Assembly: GCA_951406725.2 (NCBI GenBank)
Contig: OX597831.1
Location: 21,018,001-21,082,000 of the forward strand
DNA from: Octopus vulgaris
Taxonomy: Eukaryota
Reading direction: 5' to 3'
DNA: 64,000 nucleotides
Shown here piece by piece: positions 40,705-52,768 of this stretch. Position numbers and translations under genes: made by a program. The first letter of the stretch is position 1. Each line of letters begins with the position of its first letter. A model generated the notes under the pieces. It saw only the letters and a program-made list of their open reading frames with translations. It was not told the DNA's origin and made no database searches.

Positions 40705-41175
40705 CAGATGAATATGGTACTTAAGTTGAAGGCACCAGTATTTAGTATAGTATTATCCATATAATTCAAAATAAGGTGATTATACTCTAAATATGGACTA
40801 TGAAAACGTTCTGTGACCTGTTCAGTCCACATTCTTTTTATTTCATCAAAACCTGTATACAATACATTTCCATTTCGAGATTTTACGGGTGCAATACTTG
40901 ACGTTTGGACAACATGCTGTATGAAGTTAATGATGTAATATGGAGACAGAAGCCGCAAGATATCATCAGAGAAAAACTGAGATACATATATGCACACTGT
41001 CGGGCAATCTCTCATGAGATTCTCCGGCCTTCGACAGTTTTCAATTTTTCCCCTCCTGCAAGGTCTCCAGAAACCACTCTCATCACTAAGCTCGCTCGCT
41101 AGTGTTGCCGGGTTAGTTGCCGTCACATAACCCGATAGCATTCGAGAGCGACCTGACATGCATCATGCATTTGTA

Positions 41176-41297
<122 letters not shown>

Positions 41298-41344
41298 TGT
41301 GCGCGCGCGTATCTGAGTGTGTGTGTATGTGTATGTATATATAT

Positions 41345-41620
41345 TGTCCTTACCTTCGCAACGCGGAGTAGACGAAACAGGGACAACTGAAGAAGGGGAA
41401 TATTCCTTGTGTTGTATGTCTTGTACTCTGTCTTTTCGTTGTTTTAAAAAATAGTTCGTCTCCATGTTTTTGTTTTTATGTTTTCGTTTCCCATTGTGTT
41501 CAACGTATTTTTGATGCCCTGTATCCATATATGCATGTATATATATACATATAGATGTAGGTATGTACATATATGTCTGTATATATGCATATATTTATAT
41601 ATCATTTATATTATTATATG
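41345..41620. repeat. Family X interspersed repeat
   Basis: Highly similar to 1995-2250. Confidence 0.8.
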
Positions 41621-41759
41621 ATCGAACGCCACGCATCCTTTTCCAAGTAAGTTTTTATCTATGTATATATACATACATATATACTTATATTCATATTATA
41701 CCTCTCTAAATAAGCTATCAATATTCATTTACTCTTGTTCTGAATCCACTTCTAAAATA

Positions 41760-41792
<33 letters not shown>

Positions 41793-42560
41793 GCAAGACT
41801 TTCGGAGCTGCAATTTAATTTCCGCATTAATATCGATTAGCGTTCATCTTCGATAATAATTTCAGTTTTACTTAATTCCACATAGAGGGATCTACTCTCG
41901 GCCTATCCCTCTAATGTAAGTATTTTTTTTTTTTTTATTCCTACGATAAGCTTATTTCATTTTATATTCATTCTGCATTTATTAATTTCCTCGAAATATT
42001 TTCAACTTTTTTACACTTTCATAATTACCTTTAACATAAGTGCATTAAACATTTTTATAACTCGCATTTGTGTATACATTAATTTATATAAATGCAAACG
42101 TTCTTTCATAAGCTTGAATTAACCAAATAATCACAAACGGCTGAGACTGTAATTACGTAATTAATTTCGTTTCCTTTTTTTAAGCATGCATAATGATTCA
42201 TATATATATATATGTATATATATATACATATATTGCTGAAGGATTAGTAATTATCGAACGACATACTAAATATGTCTATATGTTGCAAATCACAATCTCT
42301 TAGTTAAATCGCCAAATGGTGATTTAAATAAGAGCTTTGATTATCATTTCGAGCAGGTAGACATACTTAATATGTCTTTTGATTAATTTTAATCCTCCAG
42401 CTATTTAATTCCATATTTCGTTCTGCAATCGCCTAAATTTTTGATTCTGTTATCAAATTGTTACACTAGATAATAATAAAGTCTATGATATCTTCTCCTG
42501 AATTATTAGCTCCGTATATCTCTGACTCCCTATCACTCCTATCGCTCCTCCTCCGCTCCC

Positions 42561-42635
<75 letters not shown>

Positions 42636-42638
<3 letters not shown>

Positions 42639-42938
42639 CAATTGCGATGAAAATGGAGATTGGTATGTTTGCTTATTATTCTCTATTCCTACAGTCAATT
42701 ATACAGCATATTTAATTTAAATGTATCTGACGCACGTTTCTGCTGCATAGCCATCTCGCAATCGCATTTGCATTCAGGTACATTCGACTGGTTATTATAC
42801 TATGCAACATTATCTATGGTCCATCCACTGGCCTGAGTCGGACACGCATAAATCGAATATGCTGTATAATTGACTGTAGAGAAAATAAAAAGAAAACTAG
42901 ACAACTGTATTAATCTCCATATTCACTGTAATTATCTT
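42636..42938. repeat. Fold-back element next to (TA)n
   Basis: Perfect 24-bp arms at 42689-42712 and 42856-42879 (CTACAGTCAATTATACAGCATATT), plus imperfect outer arms (ATGGAGATT/AATCTCCAT). Confidence 0.8.
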
Positions 42939-43127
42939 GGATATGTACTCAGTAAAATATTTATAATCCAGCGAAGCGAACCCAGTATTTCCCTACTGGA
43001 TGAAATTCATTAGGATTGCTTGCCATATATTATCCTAGGTCCTTCTTACAACTTAATGCAGTTGAACATAAGCTGAACTATAACTAAGTGCGCGTATAGT
43101 AGCAGCCTATCTATTCACTAACATCAA

Positions 43128-43370
43128 GGGATCGCGGGTTCGAATCTCAGACCAGGCGATGTGTGTGTTTATGAGCGAAATACCTAAGCTCCACGCGGCT
43201 CCGCTCAGAAGGTAATGGCGAACTTCTGCTGACTCTTTCGCCACAACTTTCTCTCACTCTTTCCTCCTGCATCTTGCAGCTCACCTGCGACGAACCGGCG
43301 TCCCGTCCAGGTGGGGAACCTATGCGCCAAGGTAACCGGGAAACCGGCTCTTATGAGCCATGCGTGGCTC
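43128..43370 (+). mobile_element. 5'-truncated SINE (head B variant, tail Z)
   Basis: Homologous to the reverse complement of 6860-7144, with B box GGTTCGAATC. Confidence 0.85.
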
Positions 43371-44216
43371 GTAAAGGTACACACGTTCACTAACATATAC
43401 TAGTAGAACCCGTGGAAATTCCACTGAATGGAAAAAACTAAGTGGAGCTATTTAAGAAAGAAAGGATGATTTGCATTTTTATAGCATTCATAGTTTAGGT
43501 TTCTTTAAATATTCTTGACGTTGGTCGACATTCATTTCTCCATGTCTCCATCGGTGTTGTCTTTTTTCCTCTTTTTTTTTTTTAATACTTTCTCGCTGTC
43601 CCTCTCTGATCCGTGGTCTATATCTGCGCATCCGTTCTCGGGAAGCTTGCGACCGTGTTTCTTGTGAATCCAGAGTTTAGGCTAAATTAACCCTTATAAA
43701 CAAATATCATTTTTTGAATGTGAGCAGACGATGAATAATTGTACTTATGTATACGCGATGGTCGCCATAAAACAAAACAATTGTTGAAAAAAAAAGTTAC
43801 TAGTTTAATCCCAGGCAGATACTCCGCCAGCTGGTTTTCGGTGTAGCTGTCTATGCCCTTTATATACAATACATCGCTAGTAAGGGAAGAGAACCACTAC
43901 TACACTCCAGCAGCTAACAGGGTCACGAGACTGGCCCAGTGGCGCGCACCTGCGCAGCGGAGTGATAACTAAGATCTACTTCTGCCCAGCGGTATATTGT
44001 AGCTCGAAACTATTAGCAGCTGGAGGGTAGTAGGTGTTCGCTCCTCGTGCTTGCGATGTATTGTTAATAAAGGGTGTAGAGGGTTACACCGATAATTAGG
44101 AAGCGGAGAATCCGCCTGTGGTTAAACATGTAGTAACATTCAACTGACACTTTGATGTGGCTACTCGCTTTGCTGTTTAGTATACGTTACTACTCTAGCT
44201 CTCATTGAGGTTTTAT

Positions 44217-44296
<80 letters not shown>

Positions 44297-44434
44297 ATAG
44301 ATTTGTGTATAAAACGCCGAGCTGGGCAAAATGCTTAGTAACATTTTGTCTGCCTTTACGTTCTGAGTTCAAATATCCTCTGAGCTCGAGTTTGCTTTTC
44401 ATTCTCTGGGGTCGATAAAATGCCTCAATTTGAA

Positions 44435-44487
<53 letters not shown>

Positions 44488-44653
44488 TAGAAAAAAAAAC
44501 ACCTTTTATCAAATCAACAATGAAAAAATTAAATTATGCCATATAGAAAATATTCTACCATATAGATAAAAACATATACCAATGATTAAGTAATATACAA
44601 AATAAATAAAGCGTATATAATTGGTAAAATTATTGTCATTACTATATATGTGC

Positions 44654-44696
<43 letters not shown>

Positions 44697-44744
44697 TGTG
44701 TGTGTGTGAGTGTGTGTGCGTGAGTCTAGGACATTTACCGCTCC

Positions 44745-44940
44745 CCCCGCCATGGACAATAACCCACCAAGATCAATTACTCCTGAGGGCAACAGATAAT
44801 TTAACACTTCTTAATATATTAGAGAAGGGGTAATTAACCAAGTGGGGTAATTGTCCTACGGGGGTAGTTGTCGTCGGGGGTGGGGAAATTGTCCTATAGG
44901 AGTAATTGTCCTCGTTGGGGAGTGTAATTGTCCTGATACC
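44745..44940. mobile_element. MITE-like DNA element with subterminal GGACAATTAC / GTAATTGTCC repeats
   Basis: The left side has GGACA(T/A)T motifs and the right side has repeated GGGGTAATTGTCC in inverted orientation. Confidence 0.55.
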
Positions 44941-44974
44941 AATATGTGTGTCTATACATACATGAATTATCCTT

Positions 44975-45793
44975 TGTTATTTTACTTGTTTAAACATTCG
45001 ACTGCGGCCATACTGGAGCACCACCTTGAAGAATTTTTAGTCGAGTGTATCGACCCCAGTACTTATTTTATTTTATAAGCCTGGTACTTATTCTATCGGT
45101 TTCTCTTGCCGAACCGCTAAGTTATAGGGACGTAGACACACGAGGACCAGTTGCCAAGCGGTGATGGATGACAAACATAGACGCAAATGCACACGCATAT
45201 AAATATATATATATGTATATGTGAGGCGGGCTTCTTTCAGTTTCCGTCTACCAAATCCACTCACTAAGTTTTTGTTTGTCTGGGACTAAAGTAGAAGACA
45301 CTTGCCCAATATAGGCGCAGGAGTGGCTGTGTGGTAAGTAGCTTGCTTACCAACCACATGCTTCCGGGTTCAGTCCCATTCCGTGGCAACTTGGGCAAGT
45401 GTCTTCTACTATAGCCTCGGGCCGGCCAAAGCCTTGTCAGTGGATTCGATAGACGGGAACTGAAATAAGCCCGACGTATATATGTATATATGTATATATG
45501 TGTATATGTTTGTGTGTTTGTGTTTGTCCCCCCAACATTGCCTGACAACTGATGCTGGTGTGTTTACGTCCCCGTAACTTAGGGGTTCGGCAAAAACTGA
45601 TAGAATAAGTACTAGGCTTACAAAGAATAAGTCATGAGGTCAATTTCCTCGACTAAAGGCGGTGCTCCAGCATAGCCGCTGTCAAATAACTGAAACAAGT
45701 AAGTAAAGAAAAGAAAACGTGCCACAGACTGGGATTGAACCCAAAACCTTGTGGTTGGAAACAAGCTTCTTATTATACAGCCACACCTGCGCC
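44975..45793 (-). mobile_element. Family A SINE (minus) split by a nested family A insertion
   Basis: The minus copy runs 44975-45309 (ending ACACTTGCCCAA) and resumes at 45719 (GTGCCAC...CACACCTGCGCC). Confidence 0.85.
45314..45716 (+). mobile_element. Family A SINE, nested
   Basis: Complete from the head GGCGCAGGAGTGGCTGTGTGG to an A-rich tail. Confidence 0.9.
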
Positions 45794-45944
45794 GATGTGA
45801 TATTTTTTCTTCTTTTGTTTCTCGTGAAAAGGCTCTGGGTATGCTTTAAAATTAGCTTCCTAAATAAAGACATCTAATTTGTCCGCTCAACTTTGCAATA
45901 CCAAGTTGGTTTAATAGTTAGCACTGGCACATTATTATTTTTAA

Positions 45945-46266
45945 AGACTCCGCCGGTTACGACGACGAGGGTCCCAGCTGATACGATCAACGGAACAGCT
46001 TGCTCGTGAAATTAACGTGCAAATGGCTGAGCATTCCACAGACACGTGTACCCTTAACGTAGTTCTCGGGGATAATCAGCGTGACACAGAGAGTGACAAG
46101 GCTGACCCTTTGAAATACAAGTACAACTCATTTTTGCCAGCTGAGTGGACTGGAGCAACGTGAAATAAAGTGTCTTGCTCAAGGACACAACGCGTCGCCG
46201 GGAATCGAACTCACAACCTTACGATCATGAGCCGAATGCCCTAACCACTAAGCCACGCGCCCTCAC
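45945..46266 (-). mobile_element. tRNA SINE (head C, tail X) with TSD
   Basis: Minus head GTGAGGGCGCGTGGCTTAGTGGTTAGGG...GAGTTCGATTCCC...GTGTCCTTGAGCAAGACACTT. The 3' part is homologous to 30030-30188. TSD GGCACATTATTAT on both sides. Confidence 0.9.
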
Positions 46267-46878
46267 GGCACATTATTATAAGCAGTGTTCAAATCCCTTA
46301 CACGATTTTGCAACAGTTTTCTTTTTTCCGTGTCCACGTAAATGCATTTCAGTAATAGTAATGTTTGTAAGCACAAATATACAAATAATAGTCACAATTA
46401 TAGTGATTTAGAGAATAAAAGCGTACATAAAAAAAAATATATGTATATAGATGGGAAGAGATGGTAAAAAATGTGTGCTTTCACAAAAATAAATGGAGAT
46501 TTTTTTTCAATCAATTTGAAAATAAATGAATACAGATGGATACTGGGAAGACAGAAGAAGAGAGAGAGAGAGAGAGAGGGAGAGAGGGAGACAGGGAAGT
46601 AGAACAGAATGATTGTATGCGAAAAAAAAATTAAGTTAATAAGAGGGAGTGGAGAGAAAAAAAGAGGTGATGTGTAAGAGAAGGGGCTGTAAGGTGGGGT
46701 GCGATTTAAAAAAATGCTATGAAGGTAAGAAACCACGAAATAGTGTGACATCTACTATATACATATGTACACACAGACGGATATATATACATACATGCAT
46801 ACATACACACACATATACAAACATATAAATATCTATAAGTATATATAGATCCGCATACACACATACATATATAATATA

Positions 46879-46927
<49 letters not shown>

Positions 46928-47117
46928 CATACAAACGTAAGTGCGTATATATATACATATATATATATGTGTGTGTACATACATATATATATATTTATAT
47001 ATATATATATACGTCATATATAAATAAATATAAATACAAACGTACTTATTTCTGTGAGTGTTCCTACATAAGAATATATACATCTCCATATGGGAAGCCA
47101 AACCTCCTTGTAACTCT

Positions 47118-47156
<39 letters not shown>

Positions 47157-47225
47157 TGTCTCTTTCTCTCTACCTTTTTCATTCTCTTTGAGGACACGTA
47201 AACAAATTCATATATACGTGTGTAC

Positions 47226-47284
<59 letters not shown>

Positions 47285-47535
47285 TATATATGTACATATA
47301 TATATATATATATGTACATATATATATATATTTACAGAAAGAATGAGAGAGATAAGTAAAGAGCGAGAGAGAGAGATAAAGAGAGAGAGAGACAGATAGA
47401 CAGACAGACAGAGAAAGAGAGACTGACTGATAGACAGACAGAAATAGTTCAGGTTTTGATGGGGATGAGTTTTATAATTTACAGGAATTTAATGAAGGAA
47501 AAGAATATACATGTCCTTTCTGTGGCGTTGGGAAA

Positions 47536-47875
47536 CAAAATATCCCCAACGTCATCAGACTCATATAAATACATACACACATACACACTCATATATACAC
47601 ACATACACATACAGTATATCCACATAAGCACACAGTTGCACACTTACTCATATATACATATACACACATATACATGCACATAATGTACTCACATGCATAC
47701 ATACACAAAATATCCCCACCGTCATCAGACTCGTATAATTACGTACAAACATACACACTCATATATACACACATACACATACAACATATACACATAAGCA
47801 CACAGTTGCACACTTACTCATATATACATATACACATGCATACATGCACATAATGTACTCACATACATACTTACA
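47536..47875 (+). repeat. 170-bp tandem duplication
   Basis: CAAAATATCCCCA.CGTCATCAGACTC starts at 47536 and 47706. Confidence 0.9.
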
Positions 47876-48339
47876 CATAATTACGTATGTACACGCTCGC
47901 GTACGCATATCTATAAACATAAATACCTATATAGACATACAAGCACACACAAATGCATACACATTATCACATACACTCACACATAGACATGCACACACAC
48001 ACATGTAAAAACACGAACACACATATACACATAATTACATACTCACATGCGTACACATTTTCACATACACACACACACACACATAAACACGTGGCCAAGC
48101 ATAAACGCACATACTTACATACGTATATAAAAATGCACATTTTTCAGGTGCGCGCATACAGGTTGGTGCTCACATAGACACACATTAGAACGTAAGTGTA
48201 CAAATATGAGCGCAAACGCGCAAGGGTCCAACCCGTCGCAGGTACACATGCGCGCAAACAAATAACACCAATCAGATACAACAAAAGTGGCATGGGAAAC
48301 AATTACACGGAGATAACGAAGTATAAAAATCCAGAAAAT

Positions 48340-48484
48340 CAAACAAACAAAAACAAGAACAACAACAACAACAACAACAATAATAAGAAGAAGAATAAGA
48401 ATAAGAATAAGAAGATGAAGAACAACGACGGCAATAGTAATAACGATACTACTACTACTCCTACTACTACTACTACTAATAATA

Positions 48485-48524
<40 letters not shown>

Positions 48525-49080
48525 TGATAATAGTAATAATAATGATAATAACCATAATAACAATAACAACAACAAAAATTATAATAATAATGATAATAAT
48601 AATAATAATAATAATAATAATAGTAATAATAATAATAATAATCACAAGAAAAAGGAGGGAAAGAAGTAGAAGAAAAAGAAAAAAACAAAGAAAAGGGTGA
48701 AAAGAAGTAGAGGAAGAAGAAGAAAAGGGAGAAGTAGAAGAAGGAGAAGAAGGAGAAGGAGAAGAGGAAGAAATAGAAGAAGCAGAAGAAGAAGAAGAAG
48801 GAGGAGGGGGAGGGGAAGATGAAGAAGAAATAGGAGGAGGAGAAGAAGAAGAAGAACAAGACGAACGAGAAGAAGAAGAAGAAGAAGAAGAAGAAGGAGG
48901 GGGAGGAGGTGGAGGAAGAGAAGGAGGAGGGGGAGGGGAAGATGAAGAAGAAATAGGAGGAGGAGAAGAACAAGAAGAACAAGACGAACGAGAAGAAGAA
49001 GAAGAAGAAGAAGAAGAAGAAGGAGGGAAGAAGAAGAAGAAGAAGAAGAAGAAGAAGAAGAAGAAGAAGAAGAAGGAAAA
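48340..49080 (+). repeat. Compound trinucleotide repeats (CAA/TAA/GAA/GGA)
   Basis: Read directly. A similar compound tract in the opposite sense lies at 58470-59160. Confidence 0.95.
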
Positions 49081-49389
49081 GGACAAAAACGGCAATGATA
49101 ATAGTAACACGGTATTTTCAATAATGTTATTTGCAATAATTGAAACTTGTAATATATTCTAGTACGTACGAATGTAAATATTGTAAATCAGGAGATACTG
49201 TTTGTGTGTGTATGTGTGCGGGTGTACTTGTGCGAGTGAGTGTGTGTGTGTGTGTGTGTGTGCACGCGTGTGTGTGTGTACATGCGTGTGTGTATGTGTA
49301 TTATAATTGCTGCAAACCAAATTACTTTCACCTACCAGATTCACTATAGCTTAGCATCAGTGTTATTTGATCACACTTCTATCTATCTG

Positions 49390-49458
<69 letters not shown>

Positions 49459-49466
49459 TATCAATA

Positions 49467-49514
<48 letters not shown>

Positions 49515-49515
49515 C

Positions 49516-49560
<45 letters not shown>

Positions 49561-50045
49561 CCGTCTAGCTATCTGTATAACAGTCAGTCAATCAGTCAGT
49601 CTGTTTGTCTGTCTGTCAGTCTGTCTGTTTGTCTGTCTGTCTGTTTGTCTATATGTTTATTTACCTATTCTCCTCTCCCTATTATATCGTAATTCCTGTT
49701 TAACTGCAGAACATAATTCTTATTCTAATATATGCTCAAGTCGTAATTCTCTCTACAGTAGGTGATATGTACTGAGAATAAAGACACACACACATACACA
49801 TACACACACACACACACATGCTCGCACACACAAACACACACATAGACACACTCAAATATATTGTATTATAATACAATATAGTACATTGGATGCTGAAGTT
49901 TTCAAAACCATTTGCCTAGTTTAAATGAAAAATGGAATATGCAATGTGACATATTACTAGTAAATAACAGAGCCTTATGAATATTATACTGATATTATAT
50001 CCCCTTTCTCATTACATATTAAATTTTATACGTTATAATGATATA

Positions 50046-50397
50046 TACACAGACATGCAGGAAGAAAATAGACACCTTTAATTTTCAAAATTTCTGATCT
50101 GAGCGTCTTAATATGTTTTCAGCGGTGTAGAATTTACAATGTAATTATTCTTTTTTCATTCCAGGTGCCATTATATTAAACATTGGCGAAGAGTAACCAT
50201 GCCACGCACAAAAAATTCAGCAGAACCGTCAGATTTTCAAAGAGGTCGTATTGTTGGGCCAATCTAAGACTGGTCTTAGCCAGCGAAAAATTGCCGAAAA
50301 TCTTCAACTTCCTCTTGCTATTGTTAATAGAATTTTAGTACAATTCAAAAGCCAAGGAAAAGAATCAATAGATTCTCGTCCCGGTCGACTTGGGCCC
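50046..50397 (+). mobile_element. 5' part of a Tc1-like transposon (frameshifted N-terminal HTH)
   Basis: ATG at 50199: MPRTKNSAEPSDFQRGRIVG / QSKTGLSQRKIAENLQLPLAIVNRILVQFKSQG...SRPGR (paired-like HTH and GRP-type motif). Upstream TA-CAC...AAAATAGACACC resembles a Tc1 TIR. Confidence 0.75.
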
Positions 50398-50425
50398 ATA
50401 TATATATATATATATGTATATATAT

Positions 50426-50836
50426 ACTTAGATAAACTTAGATATGTTTCGAATAAAGATTGGTCCATGCCATGTCTAACTTAATAGCACCACCTGATAA
50501 GATTATCTGAATCCTCTTTAAGTCAAGTTTTGTTTATGGTCCATTCAAGTCGTGAGTTTTTGTTGGGTGAGTTGTATCCAATTATGGGTGGCTTATCTGG
50601 TATTCTTTGAAGGAATCTATCCAGACTCCGTTTAAAGTTGATGGGATCCTTTTCCTCTTTGATCTCTTTCGGGACAATGTTAAATAGGGCAGGGCCTGTT
50701 GAGGAAAAGAAATTATGTTGCAGTGTGCATGTATGCTGTGATCTTGAATTGGGCAGGGGACGTATGGCCGGTGGTCCCAGTCTTGGATGAACCTTGAAGC
50801 TAATGTTCAGGTCGTTTGGGCAAAGTTGGCGGTATA
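50426..50836 (-). mobile_element. 3' end of a CR1-group LINE (ORF2 C-terminus, 3' UTR and short tandem tail)
   Basis: Open minus frame 50837-50523: IYRQLCPNDLNISFKVHPRLG...NFFSSTGPALFNIVPKEIKEEKDPINFKRSLDRFLQRIPDKPP...NKNS. Tail is (TATCTAAGT)2. Confidence 0.8.
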
Positions 50837-51050
50837 TTCAAATGCCATTACTTTGGCGCGTTGAGACCCGAAAAAACCAGCCTGCAGCTAATAATTAGCA
50901 GCAGTCAATTTATCGGTTAGAGAACATATTTATTTATATACAATTAATTAAGTAAAGGCATTTGAAAGATACATTCGAATGTAATAGGTTGAACTCCATG
51001 CACGCGATACTCCGGTATCGTTTTTGCATCTAGTCCAGCAAATTGCATTT

Positions 51051-51130
51051 ATAACGGGCCATGCTGATGAATGCTACAGTTATCCTTGCGGATAATAATA
51101 GCCGAAACTGATCAGTACATGGGTAATTAT
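51051..51130 (+). ncRNA. Type I hammerhead ribozyme, copy 1
   Basis: CCAUG-CUGAUGA-AU GCUA CAG UUAUCC UUGC GGAUAA UAA UAGC C-GAAA-CUGAUCAG-UA^CAUGG. The core is intact. Stem I extends by AUAA/UUAU across an internal loop. Predicted cut after 51117. Confidence 0.85.
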
Positions 51131-51555
51131 TTTATTTCGTATATTTTCACTTGTTTATTACTTTGGTTTTGAGCTGAGTTTGATTTGAGAACATAATCTT
51201 TTGTGGCGAATGGCGATTTGACGTCTATATCTAGCATGTTGACTGTCCACTTTTCGTGTTCAGTTCTTAATTAGTATATATAAATATTTTAATCTTCGGA
51301 TTCTTTTTTAATATGCTAGACCACTGGTTTTAATTGATAAATATCAATTTCTACCCTTAATTAATTTTATATAAATAAATATGTTCTCTAACCGATCAAT
51401 TGACTGCTGCTAATTATTAGCTACAGGCTGGTTTTTTCGGGTCTCAACGCGCCAAAGTAATGTCATTTGAAAGATACATTCGAATGTAATAGGTTGAACT
51501 CCATGCACGCGATACTCCGGTATCGTTTTTGCATCTAGTCCAGCAAATTGCATTT

Positions 51556-51635
51556 ATAACGGGCCATGCTGATGAATGCTACAGTTATCCTTGCGGATAA
51601 TAATAGCCGAAACTGATCAGTACATGGGTAATTAT
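51556..51635 (+). ncRNA. Type I hammerhead ribozyme, copy 2
   Basis: Identical motif at +505 bp. Predicted cut after 51622. Confidence 0.85.
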
Positions 51636-52060
51636 TTTATTTCGTATATTTTCACTTGTTTATTACTTTGGTTTTGAGCTGAGTTTGATTTGAGAACATA
51701 ATCTTTTGTGGCGAATGGCGATTTGACGTCTATATCTAGCATGTTGACTGTCCACTTTTCGTGTTCAGTTCTTAATTGGTATATATAAATATTTTAATAT
51801 TCGGATTCTTTTTTAATATGCTAGACCACTGGTTTTAATTGATAAATATCAATTTCTACCCTTAATTAATTTTATATAAATAAATATGTTCTCTAACCGA
51901 TCAATTGACTGCTGCTAATTATTAGCTACAGGCTGGTTTTTTCGGGTCTCAACGCGCCAAAGTAATGTCATTTGAAAGATACATTCGAATGTAATAGGTT
52001 GAACTCCATGCACGCGATACTCCGGTATCGTTTTTGCATCTAGTCCAGCAAATTGCATTT

Positions 52061-52140
52061 ATAACGGGCCATGCTGATGAATGCTACAGTTATCCTTGCG
52101 GATAATAATAGCCGAAACTGATCAGTACATGGGTAATTAT
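52061..52140 (+). ncRNA. Type I hammerhead ribozyme, copy 3
   Basis: Identical motif at +1010 bp. Predicted cut after 52127. Confidence 0.85.
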
Positions 52141-52370
52141 TTTATTTCGTATATTTTCACTTGTTTATTACTTTGGTTTTGAACTGAGTTTGATTTGAGA
52201 ACATAATCTTTTGTGGCGAATGGCGATTTGACGTCTATATCTAGCATGTTGACTGTCCACTTTTCGTGTTCAGTTCTTAATTGGTATATATAAATATTTT
52301 AATCTTCAGATTCTTTTTTAATATACTAGACCACTGGTTTTAATTGATAAATATCAATTTCTACCCTTAA

Positions 52371-52419
<49 letters not shown>

Positions 52420-52427
<8 letters not shown>

Positions 52428-52734
52428 TTTACGTTTTTGTATTCTTATTGGTGTCACGTATTCTGTATTCTTGTTCGTGTACTTCATTCGTTTTCCGTCC
52501 TCGTGTTGTATACATTCGAAGCTTTCTTCCAGGGGATCTAATGCGCTTGGCTTAGATTTCCCTTGGCGGGCTGCCCAAATCGGAGCAATCTCAAGATTAA
52601 TCAGCCGAAATTGCTAAGATGATCTGGTTCTTGACTGATGACTGAGGGCTTCGAATGTCCCGTCCTGTGGTTCTTGTGTCGTCTCTGAGGTGTTTCATGT
52701 TCTTGTCCATGTCTGTAATTATTTTTACTGTTTA

Positions 52735-52735
<1 letters not shown>
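52420..52735. repeat. Family W interspersed repeat between (TA)n tracts
   Basis: The 3' part is homologous to 7410-7520. Confidence 0.7.

Positions 52736-52768
<33 letters not shown>

Larger units (their letters stand above)
50837..52377 (+). mobile_element. Retrozyme / Penelope-pLTR-like array: 505-bp unit x ~2.8 with an inverted terminal copy
   Basis: Units start at 50959, 51464 and 51969 and are nearly identical. 50837-50952 is the reverse complement of 51356-51471. Each unit has one type I HHR. The array ends in (TA)n and has no ORF. Confidence 0.85.

Noticed and set aside
40704-41159. 151-aa minus ORF
   Set aside because: Only VKSRNGNVL..EIKRMWTE weakly resembles an RTE-LINE linker. 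Not supportable as a gene.
50959-52377. CRISPR-like or bacterial array reading of the tandem repeats
   Set aside because: No unique spacers and no cas genes; the context is eukaryotic.
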